Counted from the first letter of the stretch, positions 39,779 to 53,548 are shown. The stretch: DNA of 64,000 nt from Chlorokybus atmophyticus (GCA_009103225.1 RHPI01001737.1:310511-374510); one strand, 5' to 3'. Program-made: numbers and translations. The notes: generated by a model not told the origin, from the sequence alone.

Positions 39779-42700
39779 ATGCATGGCAAGCACATGACAA
39801 GTTGCCACTCTTTGATGTTGAAAAAGTGGAAGAGAAGCTGCTTGTATGCTTGTGGACATGTGGAGTTCAACATGCTTACCGATATGTTGCATGCATTGAC
39901 TGAGTTGCAGAATAAGCACAGAACCTTGAGTATGGTGGTGATGGTGCCAAAGTATCATGGCCCATGGTTAAAACATACTCGCGGAGGGTTTGTGTTGAAG
40001 CAATTCAGCAAGCGTGAAACAAGGACAGTACGGTTGTCAGCCATATTGATCAACCCTCGCATTAGTCACGGACTCTTGGCTACATTTCAAGGACGGGTGG
40101 TACCTCTGTTGTGGACATTTAATGGCACAATGCAAGGTGTAAACAGTTCGTTCTTGATTGACACTGGTGCAACACGCAACTTCGTTGAGGAACAATGGGT
40201 TGTGCGCAACAAGATAGCATGTAAACCCTCAGCATTTTCAGCTGCCGGTGCGGGGGGTGAGTTGCCAGTGAAAGGAGAAATAAAAATGAAAGTAAAGATT
40301 GGTAATTATCATGCCACTCTTACTTTCATAGTGGTATCCATCGACATATCAGGTGTTGATGTGGTATTAGGACAGGAATGGCAGGAAAATGTCAATATGA
40401 CATTGGATACTGGCGCACGTTTGTGCACGGTAAAGAAAGGTCGTAAGCGTGTAACATTGTCTGTGAAAGGGTCACATAGCTTGGACCACAAGCAGCCCGA
40501 CCCTGCGCTACTCACTGCACTGCAAGTGAAACGTGCGTTGCGCAAAAACACACCGGCTTTTCTGGTACACTTAACGTCGTCGGACGACTTTGTGCCGAGA
40601 AACACAGAAGGTGTTGCAGACATCATTGAGAAGTATCAAAATGTGTTCTCAGATGAATTGCCAGGCTTACCTCCTAATCGAGGTGTCGGACACACAATAC
40701 TCATTTCTGACAGTGAGCCTCCGCTTCGGCCTATATATAGGCTGAGCCCCCGAGAGAGGGGGGAAATGGAAACTCAAATCAAAGAGTTATTGGAAAAGGG
40801 ATTGATTGAACCGAGTTCTTCACCCTTTGGCGCGCCCATCTTGTTTGTGATGAAAAAGAATGGAAAGCTGCGCATGTGTGTGGATTACCGTGCTTTAAAC
40901 AAGATCACGGTAAAGAATCGATACCCGTTGCCCCGGATTGATGATGTGTTTGATAAACTGTCGGGAAATGCGTACTTTAGTACGTTGGACTTGATAAGTG
41001 GGTATCATCAAATCCGGATTCATCCTTCTGATGTTTACAAGACAGCATTCAGAACACCTTCGGGCCATTATCAATACAAAGTGTTACCTTTTGGATTGAC
41101 TAATGCGCCGGCAGTGTTTCAGAAGGAAATGAATAAGATTTTTGGTGGCATACTTGGCAAGTATGTTATGGTTTACTTGGATGACATCATTGTCTTTAGT
41201 AAGACCAAGGAAGAGCATAAGCAGCACTTGGAAGCGGTGTTCGCCTTGCTGCGTACACATCGCTTGTTTGCCAATCTTGCGAAGTGTGACTTCTGCAAGA
41301 CGGAGTTGCCATTCTTGGGGCACATTGTGAGCGGTGCGGGTGTGAAACCTGACCCTCGCAAAGTGCAAGTTGTAAAGGATTGGCCTCAACCTAAGAATAT
41401 CCATCTACTGCGATCATTCTTGGGATTGGCAAACTACTTTCGCAAGTTTATGATGGGGTACTCCACAGTAGTGGTGCCTTTAACAAAACTGTTGCGAAAA
41501 GATGTTCCATTCTTATGGACAGCTGAACAAGAAGCGGCTATGCAACAGGTGAAGCTAGCCTTGACTTCTGCTCCAGTGTTGGCATTGCCAAACTGGGACA
41601 AGCATTTCACTGTGGTTAGCGATGCGTCCACCCTTGGGTGTGGTGCAGTACTGTTGCAAGATGGCAGACCATGTGCTTATGAAAGTAGGAAGTTCATTCC
41701 AGCAGAGGTAAATTACACTACCACCGAGCAAGAGTTGCTTGGTATAGTGCATGCTCTGAAAACATGGCGATGTTACTTGGAGGGGGTTCAGTTCACAGTG
41801 GTGACTGATCATAATCCATTGGTGTATTTCTCAACACAGCAAAACTTGTCACGAAGGCAAGCTCGCTGGAATGAGTTTCTGTCTCGGTTTACCTTTGAGT
41901 GGGTATACCGGCCAGGCAGAACTAATGTTGCTGATCCTCTGAGTCGTTGTCCATCATTGTTAACAGTTATGCGTGCGCAATTGCTTGCGACGCGCGGTAC
42001 AATGCCACCGGATGATGAGTTTGTGCAAGCTGTTGTGCAAGGGTATGCTTTTTACCCATGGTTCTCGTTGGAGGACAACGTGCAAAAGCTGAACAAACGA
42101 GACAACTTGTATTATGTGGGCACCAGCTTGGTAATACCTGACCATGCTGAGTTGCGTGCGAAATGCATAGCTGATGTACACGATCCACCATACGCTGGGC
42201 ACTTTGGCAGTCGCAAAACTGTTAAGGCAGCGCAACAGTTGTATTGGTGGCCATCGTTGCCTGTTGACGTAAAACGGTATGTGGACACGTGTGACAAATG
42301 TCAGCGTGATAAGCCGTTACGTCAGAAACCCGCTGGTTTGCTGCGACCATTGCCTATTCCTGATGGCAAATGGGAAAGTGTGAGTATGGACTTAATTACT
42401 GAGCTCCCAGAGACAGCATTAGGTCACACTGCGGTTGCAGTTTTTGTGGATCGTTTGACAAAAATGGTCCACATTGTCCCTTGTCGCACGGAGATAGGCT
42501 CCCGTGAGTTGGCGATGGTTTTTGTCGCGTCTGTGTTCAAGTTGCATGGCTTGCCCCGCAACTTTGTGTCAGATCGCGATCCGCGATTTGTGGCTCAGTT
42601 TTGGAAGTCGCTATGCAGCTTCTTACACATTCAGCAGAACATGAGCACTGCTTACCATCCACAGACGGATGGTCAGACAGAACGCGCCAATCAAGTGATT

Positions 42701-43449
42701 GAGGAAACCATCCGGCATTATGTGAACCCGAATCAGAATGATTGGGATATTTATCTCCCAATGGCTGAGTTAGCGATCAATAATGCATGGCAAGAGAGTG
42801 TGCAGAGACTCCGTTCTTCTTGAATTACGGAGTGCATCCACTGAGTCCTGCAAACATTAAGTTGCCCGCTACTGACGTGACTCGCGTACCTGCAGCGCGC
42901 GAGATGGCTTCGGCCATGCAGGATAGGTTAGCGTTGGCAAAAGCCTGTCTGCGCGCAGCGCAAGACAGACAAAAAGCCCAAGCTGATGCGCATCGTAGAG
43001 AGGCCAACTACGATGTGGGCTGTTCGGTGCTTTTAAGTACCAAAAACGTATCCATCAAGGGAGTGGGTACCCGCAAGTTTTTCCCTCGCTGGATAGGCCC
43101 TTTCAAAGTGACTGATCGGGTCGGCACTCACGCGTATCGTTTGGACTTGCCAAAGTCGATACGCATTCACAATGTGTTTCACGTGAGTGTACTGAAACCA
43201 TACCGTTCTGACGGTCGGGTTCAACCTCCTCCACCCCCCGTTGCAGTGGATGGCGACGATACTTTCGAGTATGAGGTGGAAGCAATCCTGAGTCACCGTA
43301 AGCCTCGACGCGGACGCGCGCCGTCTTACTTGGTGAAATGGAAAGGGTATGGTGTTGAGCACAACACGTGGGAGCCCGAAAGGAATCTTACCAACTGCCA
43401 AGAGATTCTTCGGGGGTACTGGAGTGCTGTGTCCACACGCGGACGGTAA
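39779..43449 (+). CDS. pol: Pol (PR-RT-RNaseH-IN-chromodomain) with a 1-nt frameshift near 42805
   Basis: LIDTGAT, YLDD, VVSDAS, TDHNPL, H-H-C-C zinc finger, SMDLI/SDRD/QTERAN, WIGPF and the chromodomain YEVEAIL...YLVKWKGY...NTWEP. Confidence 0.95.
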
Positions 43450-43933
43450 AAGGGTGCTGGCAGACATCTTTACCGCTTCGGCCCTGGTTCTCTCACTGCT
43501 TTGGTTCTCTCACTGCTTTGGTTCTCGGTGCTCATGGTGGGGCTTTGCTAACCCTTCAATGAGGACATTGAAACCTAAGTGGGGGGGAATGTAACGGAGT
43601 GCTACCTCTATAGAGGTTCCCCGCCCTTATTTAGGATTAAATAAGGGTCCCAACGGGTATATACAGCCAATTAAGCCGTATTAGGGCCGTTAACCTAGTG
43701 TTAAGGCCCTAATGTAGTGTTACTTAACTGTAACACTGATATCGACATGAGACATGAGTCTCATGTCGATATCAGCTGTATGGCGGCACTGCTAACGCAG
43801 CAGCCGCCATAGCCAGGGGATCTTCTGCTCCGGCAGTTGCCCCTGGCGGCGGCGGTGTGGTCGGCGTGGCTGGTGGTGGTGTTGGGGTAGGGGATTAAAG
43901 AGAGGAGGGAGCACCCCCTCTCCTTACATAGCG

Positions 43934-44100
43934 CCTCCAACATTGTGTTGGGCATCATGACGGTGTACTCAAAGAAAACGGCGGCAATGGCGGCTCTGAG
44001 TAGCTGACGGACTGCCATAAGCCGCGCAGTCGTAGAACACATGTACGCAGGTCTTTGGCTGCAGTCTACATAACGCACAAATCTGGTCTGTGTATAGGGC
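43934..44100 (-). mobile_element. Decayed LINE 3' remnant (CCHC zinc motif), continuing at 37002-37084 across the chromovirus
   Basis: ICALCRLQPKTCVHVFYDCAAY followed after a frameshift by AVRQLLRAAIAAV. This fits the LINE C-terminal C-x2-C...H-x4-C-x2-Y-x3-R pattern. Confidence 0.5.
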
Positions 44101-45149
44101 AGGGGTAACATGCGCTACATGGATTGTTAACGCCGTGTGTATACTATATGCATGCCGCATGCGTGTATTATACACAAAGCGCAGCGCTGTGTTTGCACAG
44201 GCTCAATAATATTAGGTTTTGCACTTACACAGTTATATAGCACTAGCACATTTACACAAACAGCAAGTCAACTCAACACAGACGCACATAGCATACACGC
44301 ACAGCATGCCCGCATGGCAAGCACAAAGACACAACTGCACAAACATACGCACGCATAACACATACAACCATGCACATGCTCAGTGGCTTGCACGTATGCG
44401 CGCACGCAGCATGTACACAATCACAACATTGCATATATTTTACACATCAATGCACAACCACTTGCAGCCAGCACACACACTTAAACACATGAACTCTCAA
44501 ACACCAGTTCGTTATGCGCTCAAGAGACAACCGTACTAGATTTACGCTAACCCATTTATGATGCTTACCATGACCCTGTGCATGTGTTTCGATGCCGGAC
44601 GTTGCAAGCGCTGCTGAGTAGGCGCATGCAAATACACAAGATCACAAGGGAATGCACATGATGTGTGTGTGATATGTGCTATGTGTGTGTGATATGTGCT
44701 CAAGCATGAGAGCTGGCGCTAGCCGTTGGTATGTTGTGCCATGCTATGCCAACACCCTCGCACACTCACTCACCAGCGTCCATGGTGAAGCCACGAGCTC
44801 CACCAACCACATCCACATCTATACCCACATAGCCCACGACCCCACCGTTTAAACCATGATCACCTGCAGAGGAGACGTCACAGTCAGCAAGTTGCCATGC
44901 GGGCAGCTGCAGACTGCGGCAGCTGTGCCTTTCGCGTCCAACTTCAAATTTAGGGTTTACAGCGGCACTGCGTGCGCCGCGCAATTGCGGCAACTACAGA
45001 CTGTACAGTCTCATGCGCAAGTTAGTGTCATGTGATGCAATAGCACGGTGAGTTAACACAGCCCCGCATAGCATAGCATAGCATAGCATATGTTAAAAGT
45101 GAAAATCTCATAGCATTAGTGGTGTTGACAAAACACCATGCTAATGCAT

Positions 45150-46300
45150 CATGCGAGTACTTCGCATGCTCCCGCACGTAGTCCTTCAACGCTTGAAATA
45201 CATGCAAGTACAAAGTGCGTGGGAAGATTTGATACAGCATGACAACACGATACCTCAGCTTTGCACGCAACGTGCTGAGCAACTTTTTTGATGCGATACC
45301 TTTAATAGTTCATGTCCTTGATGAGCTTGACCAATGAATGCCGCTTGAAAATGCACGAGCGTGTAAAACGAATGTAATGGGTGATCAACACGCCTAGCTT
45401 GATACCCTTGTGCATGTTCGACTGTGGGTGCGGTGCACAATGGACTGTACTATCATTGAAACACGGTTCTCTATGGATGTCATACACCTTGATACACAAC
45501 CCGATACCACTATCTTAAAATATAGTTACACGCAAGAACGGGACTTCTATTCCAACATGAGACTGATTTACTGTCAACATATACTGGGAAAATGCCACCG
45601 GCCAGTGCATGTTGGTGCAAGTACATGCTTTTTAGAAACTGGGGAATGTCACACACAAACAAGTCAATTACAAAACGAGACACCTCGTGCATGTACTGCG
45701 AGACCTTACATGGTTGAGCTTGTATGTCAAACGTTGCATGAACCAAAACTTATATGTGAACCAAAAGAAATTGGCAATAAAAACACCTACGGAGTAACCT
45801 ATGGGTATGCCAATGCTTGTTTGTAAAGCTCGTCAGTTGTTGTTTGAACATACAAGTATTGCACGATGAATTACAACAGTGCACACAATGAGTGCTTGTC
45901 AAAGTGTTTTACTTTGGTTTTGTGGGACTAATAGTGGTCGTGCATGACGCCATGCATGTGTTGCTTCGTTATGTTTCACTGTAATGACCAAATAGCTTGC
46001 TTGATACTGACGGTACGAATACTCAAACATCAGCACCACAAAGTTACGCATACGCTCAACCAGCTTTGGATGTGATATGTTGGTGTATAGTAGTAAAGTC
46101 AAATGTCTGTTGCAACGTGGGTAGTTGTTTATGTTGCTGAGTATGGGTTGTATTTTACTGTGTCAAGCGTGGGATGAAGTCTAGAGTGTCCTTCAATTTC
46201 CATCATTGTTCAGTGTGCAACGTGACATTTGCTGTTGCTGCCAACTCCGACCACACCGCATGAGACATGGGCAATAGTATCTGATAAGCTCTCGTCAACC
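45150..46300 (-). mobile_element. Decayed Penelope-like element reverse transcriptase
   Basis: With stops and frameshifts, in the expected order: WKLKDT, TFDFTT/YTNISH, YKQ/IGIPIGYSVGVFIAN, SRFVIDL (decayed RYIDDL), GIFP, PFLRVTI, KVYD...FN...PH..SN and GVLITHYIRFTRSC. Confidence 0.75.
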
Positions 46301-46621
46301 ACCTTCTGCTGCATCAGTCAGTGTGGACTTGAAGGCAGCTACTACGAACCGTGGCTTGTGTGGTGACTTGTGAGGCTTAATGGTCATGTATATGTGGGTA
46401 GTGTGGGTTGCTTGATCACCGGGTGTGAGTATGTGATGTAACCATGTTGTGCATTATACATAGCGTGTGTCTATGTGATACTCGCTGCTGGGGTGTTGCA
46501 CAACTGATAGGTTGTGCTAGTTCATTGTGCAGCTGCTGTAGGTAGAACTTCTTGCACACTACACTGCGACACAGACATATATACATGCAGTACGATAGAT
46601 ACAACATCACATGGGTCCGTG

Positions 46622-49600
46622 CTAAAAATCCTCGGTGCTGAGCGCGGGCAGCGTGACGGGTACGGCCCATCGTCCAAGGTGTGCCGTGTAGTTGACGCAT
46701 CGCACGACACCACGTCCGGGCTCGAGGCCTTCGGGAAACTCGAACGCGCTCACGCTTCCCGGGTTCATGTGGAAGAAGCGGAAGCCCGCGGGGGGAAGTC
46801 CCAAACACTGCGCCACAAGGGCGCGGTTCATCGCAGCGTGGCTCACCACCGCCACGTTGCACGTCGAGCGGTTGGCGCCCGCCGGCGGGGTCAGACGCGA
46901 GGTTAGGGCGAGAATGTGCGACCACGCATCACGCGCACGCTCCCACACGTCTTTGAGACAGACATGACACGTGGTGAGCGTGTTTGGTCCCCAGACATTT
47001 TTGTGCAACCAAATGCAAATGTGCGCCCAACATACCTGAGAATGACTCTCCTTCGGGTATCCTCGTTTCATGCGGCGCTTGTTTCCAATGTGTGAGCTCC
47101 TTCGCATACGCTTGCTCCACATCAGACTCTGTCAGACCCTGCATGCAAGAACCACATTCACCCACCCACGCACGCACGCACACAACCGAGGAATTAAAGT
47201 ATCATATAAGGTCTGCGGAGGCAGCATCCAACATGCTTGATGCGGGAAATGGATTTGCAGACATTGACTGTCAAGGCAACAAGAGATTCGGGTTTGAAGC
47301 AACACAACCACATAATCACACTCTCCAACCATACCTGCCATGCCCCCATGTCAAACTCCCGCAGCTGCTCCATCTGCACGAACTCGATGTCTGGCAGCAC
47401 GCACTCCTCCTTGCCGAGGCACTGCGCCCCCTGCTGCACCTTCAGGACGGTCTCTGCAGTTTGCTTTGACGCCAGCAGTGGGGAATGTACAATCGCATCG
47501 AGCTCCATGTCAAGCAGCATCTCCGCCGTCTTCGTGGCCTGGTACGGGCAATGTGGATGTGTGAGTTGTGCTTGTGTTCCAGCAACCAACACAACCTCTC
47601 ACCTGCAGGACGCCCAGGATGTTCATCTCAACGTCCTTGCACGTGCTGAAGGCCTTGGGCGTGCCCACCTCCCCGTGCTGTATGAGGTACACGCGGCCCG
47701 CCGTGGGACGTCCCGATGGCTGAGGCTGAGGAACTGGGATGGGGGAGCTCGGGGTCTGTGTCACGTGTGAGATGAGATACTTAAACATGCATACAGGCAT
47801 GCAAACATGTATGGGTGTAGGTACACGTGCATGCACGCATATATACAGAATGGCGTGAAGTTGTAGTGCATGCATGATTATGTTTATGTTTATGTGTAGT
47901 TGTATGCATGCATGCGCATTTGCATGCGCCCACTTGTTCCTTGCTGCGAGCACTTGTGGGCGTGTGGGGCAAGTGCTTGCCAGTGCTCTAGTGCGTGTTT
48001 CTTGATAACCATCATTGTTGTTGCCTGCCTGGTTAAGTCGGTTGATGCTGACCAGAAGGGCGCCGTTCGGCTCGATCGCTGGCGCAAAGTCGATGACCGT
48101 CACGCCGCAGTTACTCTGTAGCAACCGGCGGAAGTAGTCAGGTCCAAGACCTGCAAACAAGGCAAGCCAAGCAATGACACCACTCCACCTCAAAGACACA
48201 AAGAACAAACACCACATCTACCACAACACTCGCATCACACACACACGCACACGCTCTCATATGCTCACTGCTTGCACGCTTGCATACTGTTACACACGTG
48301 CGTGCGCATGCGCATGCACAAACACGCCCACCTATGGCGCATCCGACGAGTGCTTGGATCACGGCGTTGTGTGCGACGACGAGTATGGACTTTGCGTCGC
48401 AGGTGAGGATCTTCTCCCACGCATCGCTCGCGCGGTCCCACAGCTCGCGCACGGGGTAATGCCCGTCGATCTCAAAGTTGGCGGCATCCTTTTGCCACAT
48501 GAGGTAGTTGTGGCCGTACCGCTCCTTGCCCTCGTGCTTCAACAGGCCCTAAGAGAGAGAGAGCACAAGCGAAACCACGCATTATGGGCGCATGCTTGCG
48601 TGCGTGGGTACGGACGTGCCAGCATGCGCGCATATGTTGTGTCCAACAGTGTGCTTCAGCACAAAGATGATGATGTTGATGGTGGTGCTTACTTGAAACG
48701 AGTAAAGATCGATCTCACGCAGCTCGGGGACATCCACAATGGGTTGTGATCGTCCCGTCCATATGATGTCTGCAGTCTTGGCAGCTCGTGCAAGCGGGCT
48801 GTTTGAGGGAGTGAATCATCCAGTCAGTGCTGGTTATTCAGATCAGATCTGAAAGCAGCGGGTGAACACAAGCACTATCATATCATCATGTTGTACCTGC
48901 GGAAGCAGATGTCGAATGAGTCGTTCTGAAGCATCTGGCGATTGGTCTCCGCTTGCGACTCGCCCTTGGCCGTCAGCACGGCATGATCGCTGCTGCCCTG
49001 CTCGACAAACACAACCAGAGGTGTAGTGAGTTGATAAGGTAAACGCATGGGCTTGCACATAACAATCGTTGCTGCTTGATAGAATACAAGAGTGGTATAT
49101 ACAAATTAGAATAAGCATAGCCAATGCCGCTGCATGCATGCCGCCTTACACAAGCACGCTTATAAGCAATGTTGCCGTCATTACCAAACGTTCCTTGTTC
49201 GTTGCTTGTGTACATGTGTCCATATCATCAACCTTTCAGGTGTAGTTGCATTGTGCTTTTCAGTGAACTGCTAATTGCTAACAATCGCAATCGGTAGGCA
49301 GGTGCCACATGCATGCAGCTGCTCACACCAAGACAAGAACAGCATTGCAAAGCCCAATGGCATTCAATTGCTCAACAACCAACATCGCTGCTGCTCACTA
49401 GAACCAAACCAACATTAATGCAAAGCCCAAGGTTAGGCGACATGTGTTTGTTTAGTGAAGTTGCAGACATTAACAACAGCAGCATTGTGGACCAGACAAC
49501 CCTAGTGGCGTACTTGAATGCGTCCCTCTTTGTTCCATGTGCTCTGGCCGTGTCGCACCAGCACCACGCGCTTGCCCTCAGCGAGGGGGATGGACGGCGT

Positions 49601-49888
49601 GCAGAGGAACCCGGCTCCGGGGGCGGTCTTGAAGTCCTCCTTGTCTGACTCCCCCTTCTTCCCCTCTTCCTGGGTGGTGGCCGCCTCCGCCACCTGGCTG
49701 ACAGCCATGCAGGTGGCGGAGGAACAGCGCCTCCTGGCAGAGCTAGCCCTCGCAAGGAGGGCGCCTCTGCTGCTGCGGAGGAGCAGAGCCGGCTGCTGCT
49801 GGCGTCGGTAAGCTGTAGGAATCTCAAGTGTTGCAGAGAAGCAGGGCAGCGCCAACGACGCTGCCGCTGCCACGGCGGCCGACGCCAT
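46622..49888 (-). CDS. Plastid tandem histidine-phosphatase (PGM-family) protein, 2-carboxyarabinitol-1-phosphatase-like
   Basis: Transit peptide. RVVLVRHGQSTWNKEGRIQGSSD, LREIDLYSFQG, HYPVRELW, LVVAHNAV, second PGM domain ending ...STEDF*. Confidence 0.9.
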
Positions 49889-50586
49889 GGCCGCCGCAGT
49901 TGAATGCACGACAACGCACACCTGCAATGCGCTTGCTTGAGCAACGACTCATACCAGAGCAGCGGACTTTGGTCCTTGGTGCTGTGTCTTGTTGTCTAGT
50001 GTTGTAGCAGAAAAGCGGTGTGCGTGTGCAAATGCGTATGTGCGTACGGGCTCCCTACAGTTGGGAGATGCAAGTGCATAATAGGGCAGCGTGGCACGCA
50101 CGCAATCATCATTCCCCTGCCCTTCATAGCCAGACACAACCATGTGCATTTGCTCACAACCACGTCTCTCACCATTAAAGGTAAAACGCAAGAAACTTCA
50201 ACACGCGTAGCGCACGCACAATCATCATCATCATCATCATATGTGGCCCTCGATAGGCAGACAACCACGCGCATTGCTCACAAGCAACACGACTCTAACC
50301 ACTAACAGCAACCCTCGTGAAAGCATCCTGGCGGAGGCGATGCCTTGCTCTACTATTGTGTACAAACAATGGGGAGTGTCATGTGTGAATACTTGATGCC
50401 GAAACCCTGCCGAGATAAGGCAACCGCCGATAACTTTTCATTTGTGTATGTTTTGGCGTGAGTACACATGGCATGTGCAGCAATGTTGAGCAGACACCCA
50501 AGCTTGCTTGTGGTTTAGTGGCAGATTAAAAACGATGCATGCAGACACAGTCAAGCTTGCAAAGGAGGCAGCGCGTGTTACCCAAC

Positions 50587-53548
50587 TTAGTATGAGACAG
50601 GAGAGATCACATCGTCTATCTTCAATATCATCTTCACTACTTGCGTGGCTAGCAACATCTGCTGCTTCTTCCCTATCAGCGTCTCAAACACGTTCTGCTT
50701 CACCATGTCGTTGGTCCCTTCGTCGTTGCAATCAATGCCAAGATATGGATTGTTCTCCTGCACGGCGGAAACAACACTCAGCATGCATGCATGAGCAGCC
50801 AGCCGTACTCTGTTTTTGTCATGTGCGAAATGGGAGTAAATCAATTTTAACCCATACCTTGACTTGGCGAGCTTTCACTGCTGTCAATGAGTTGATCGGC
50901 TGAAGCCCGCTGTTCTCAGCAAGGGCCAGTGGGACAGCATCAAGCGCGTCCGCAAATGCACGCACGGCATACTGCACACGAGCCAAGATTCATCGTCAAA
51001 TCAATGACAAACAAAGTTTGCAGAGACATTAAGTGGATGGTTGACTCACCTGCTCAACACCAGGGATCTTATCGGCAGCTGCTTCAACAGCGATGGAGGA
51101 AGCAATTTCAGCAGAGCCACCACCGTACACAATCTTATTGTCCCGTATGAGGTTTCTTGCAACGCAGATGGCATCGTGCAAACTTCGTTTTGTCTCCTCA
51201 ATCATCATCTTGTTGCCTGAGATACTCCAGGTGAGGGACGACACGCATGTGCATCGGTACATACGAAATTCAGTTGCCATCTCACCTCCTCTTACAAAGA
51301 CAGTCACTGCTCGGGAGTTAGCGCACTCCTCAATCACCAGCATGCGGTCTTTTGTAGTCCCGAATGTGAGCTCCCTCACCACCCCAGCCTGCACTCGCAT
51401 GTGACGCATCAAGCATGACCTTAGCCCTGGCGTACCAGCCGGCACAGTGAAAGTTTATGTCCTGCTTCCTAAACAGACCTTGCCAAGCTTCTCTGGTGAT
51501 AGTTCTTGGAACCGCGGCACAATCCTTCCTCCTGTAGACAAGCACACCACTAAGAGTGTTTGTATTGTTACCTTTGTTATCATCGCATGGGGTATCACAT
51601 GGGGAAGACAGACCCACTTACCTGTTGCAATGGCAATCAGCTCCAGCTCCACTCCACCGACCCAGCGAACAGCGGGCAGCTTGTTGTGCATGAGTAGATG
51701 GTTGGCCTCATCGTCAAAACCCCATTGGCAAATAACAAGGTTGGCGCCGGAGTCCTGAGCAGACATAACTCAACCCAACATCTTGCATACTCGGAAATCC
51801 AACCATCTTGGACACTATGACAAAACATACCTTGCACTTCTGCACCATATCAACGAAGTATTGCTTCTCTGCTTGTCGTAGCGACTCAAATTTCTCGACC
51901 GTGTCGATGTCCACCTTATGCTTTGTCTTCGGCTTCGGGGGCTCAAATGGACAGGTTAGAATGGCCATGCGCGCATTGTCGATTCGTTTATCCATCTGAG
52001 GATGGCTTATATCCTTGTCAACAAGGATACCCCTAATGAGCTGCGTGTCTTCGAGTTTGCCCCCAACTTTGCCATCAACCTGTACAGTGACCTTGCTTAC
52101 ATTACAAAACGGTATAGGCTTGCTGGTTAATTCAACAAGACTATCCCGTTGCAAAGCTATCCATACAATTCATGAGACTCCATCGTTAGTGACAGCATTG
52201 ACGTGGAGGCGCCGACTTACCTTGATTAGATCAAGATTAACATCCCTGCGGTCCAAGTCAGCAACTGCAAGGACGGCTTGAACGGCAATCTCCGCCAGCT
52301 GCCGCTTGCACCGACCGACACTGCAGTGCCGAGATGAGCCAATGTCAAGCATCAGCGCATTTGCATGTGTTTGAAGCTGTCAAAGGCATGCGCGCACATT
52401 GGAACGTACATTTTGGAGGATAGTGTGGTCATGCACGTCTGCACAAGAGGCTCATAGTTGTCGCGATCAAACTGAAAGGTCTTGGCGATGGAGTCCAAAT
52501 GCTCCACAGCAACCTTTGAGGCCATCTCATAACCCTCGGCAACTCTGATAGGGTGAATGCCCCTTTCAAGCAGCTCCTCCGCCTGTTCTAGCAACGCACC
52601 CGCCAGCACAATAACCCCTGTGGCACAAAGGTGTCATGACTGCAGCCTTGCGTGATGCATCCTGTTGCTGGTGAGGATGTTCACCTGTTGTGCCGTCCCC
52701 AATCTCGTAGTCTTGCGACTTTGATAGATCAACCATAAGCTTGCCAATCTGGTTCTCTACCTCCATCTGCTCTAGAATGGTGGCCCCGTCATTGGCTGCG
52801 CATGCAGACAACACACATTGCATAGTTGGATTTGAGACACGGGCATCATCAAACATCATTTAAGGGTTCAGCGTCTGAACCACTCCATCGTGCATGACTA
52901 GCAAAGCAACTTTTTCATGAAAGCTGTCCAACGCATGGCAAGAACACCACAACATTGCCGTCAAGTCAGCCTAATACAGGGGGATGCAATGGCGACAGCA
53001 CGCAACCAAACCTGGGTGAAAACTAATCAGGATGAAAACTACACAGGTGCAATGCAAGCCCGCATGCTTCACACGCTTAACATACACTTGTGCTAACGAA
53101 AATAGGCCAACAATTTAACACGTGCAAATGCAACAGCTGTGACTTGCGACAGTAACAATGCACAGCTGCAGTTCACCATGTCAATGGCTTTTCTCCTCAT
53201 GCACCAACACCATGCAGCTTGCATGCAACCTTGTGAGCACACAGCCATAGGAGATGCAATCATCTGTGAATGGCCATCATGGAAGCAATGAGAGCATGTC
53301 TTTCTTCGCTCTGCGACACGCGCAACACGACCATGTCTGTCCCGCTTACTTATGGTGACGTCTCCGTCGGAAGACTGCAGCATCTTGTCCATGCCCTTGG
53401 GCCCCAGGGAGGTGCGCAGGATGCGGGCCACCGTCTTGGCGGCCAGAATGTTAGCCTTCTGCGCCTCTAGCCCCTTCACCCTGGTCTTATTCTCCTGTTC
53501 CCGGATGATGATGAAAGGCCTTCCATATTCGTCGAAGGCCAGCGCCAT
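50587..53548 (-). CDS. CCT5: T-complex protein 1 subunit epsilon
   Basis: [85 protein letters not shown]. Confidence 0.97.

Larger units (their letters stand above)
37085..43928 (+). mobile_element. Full-length, very recent Ty3/gypsy chromovirus
   Basis: LTRs at 37085-37424 and 43590-43928; one substitution and one indel seen by eye. TSD TAGCG at 37080-37084 and 43929-43933. PBS TGGTATCGGAGC at 37426-37437. PPT just before 43590. Order gag, PR, RT, RH, IN, chromodomain. Confidence 0.98.

Noticed and set aside
44766-44993. Possible exon downstream of the telo-box at 44950
   Set aside because: Splice-like signals are present but there is no coherent reading frame.
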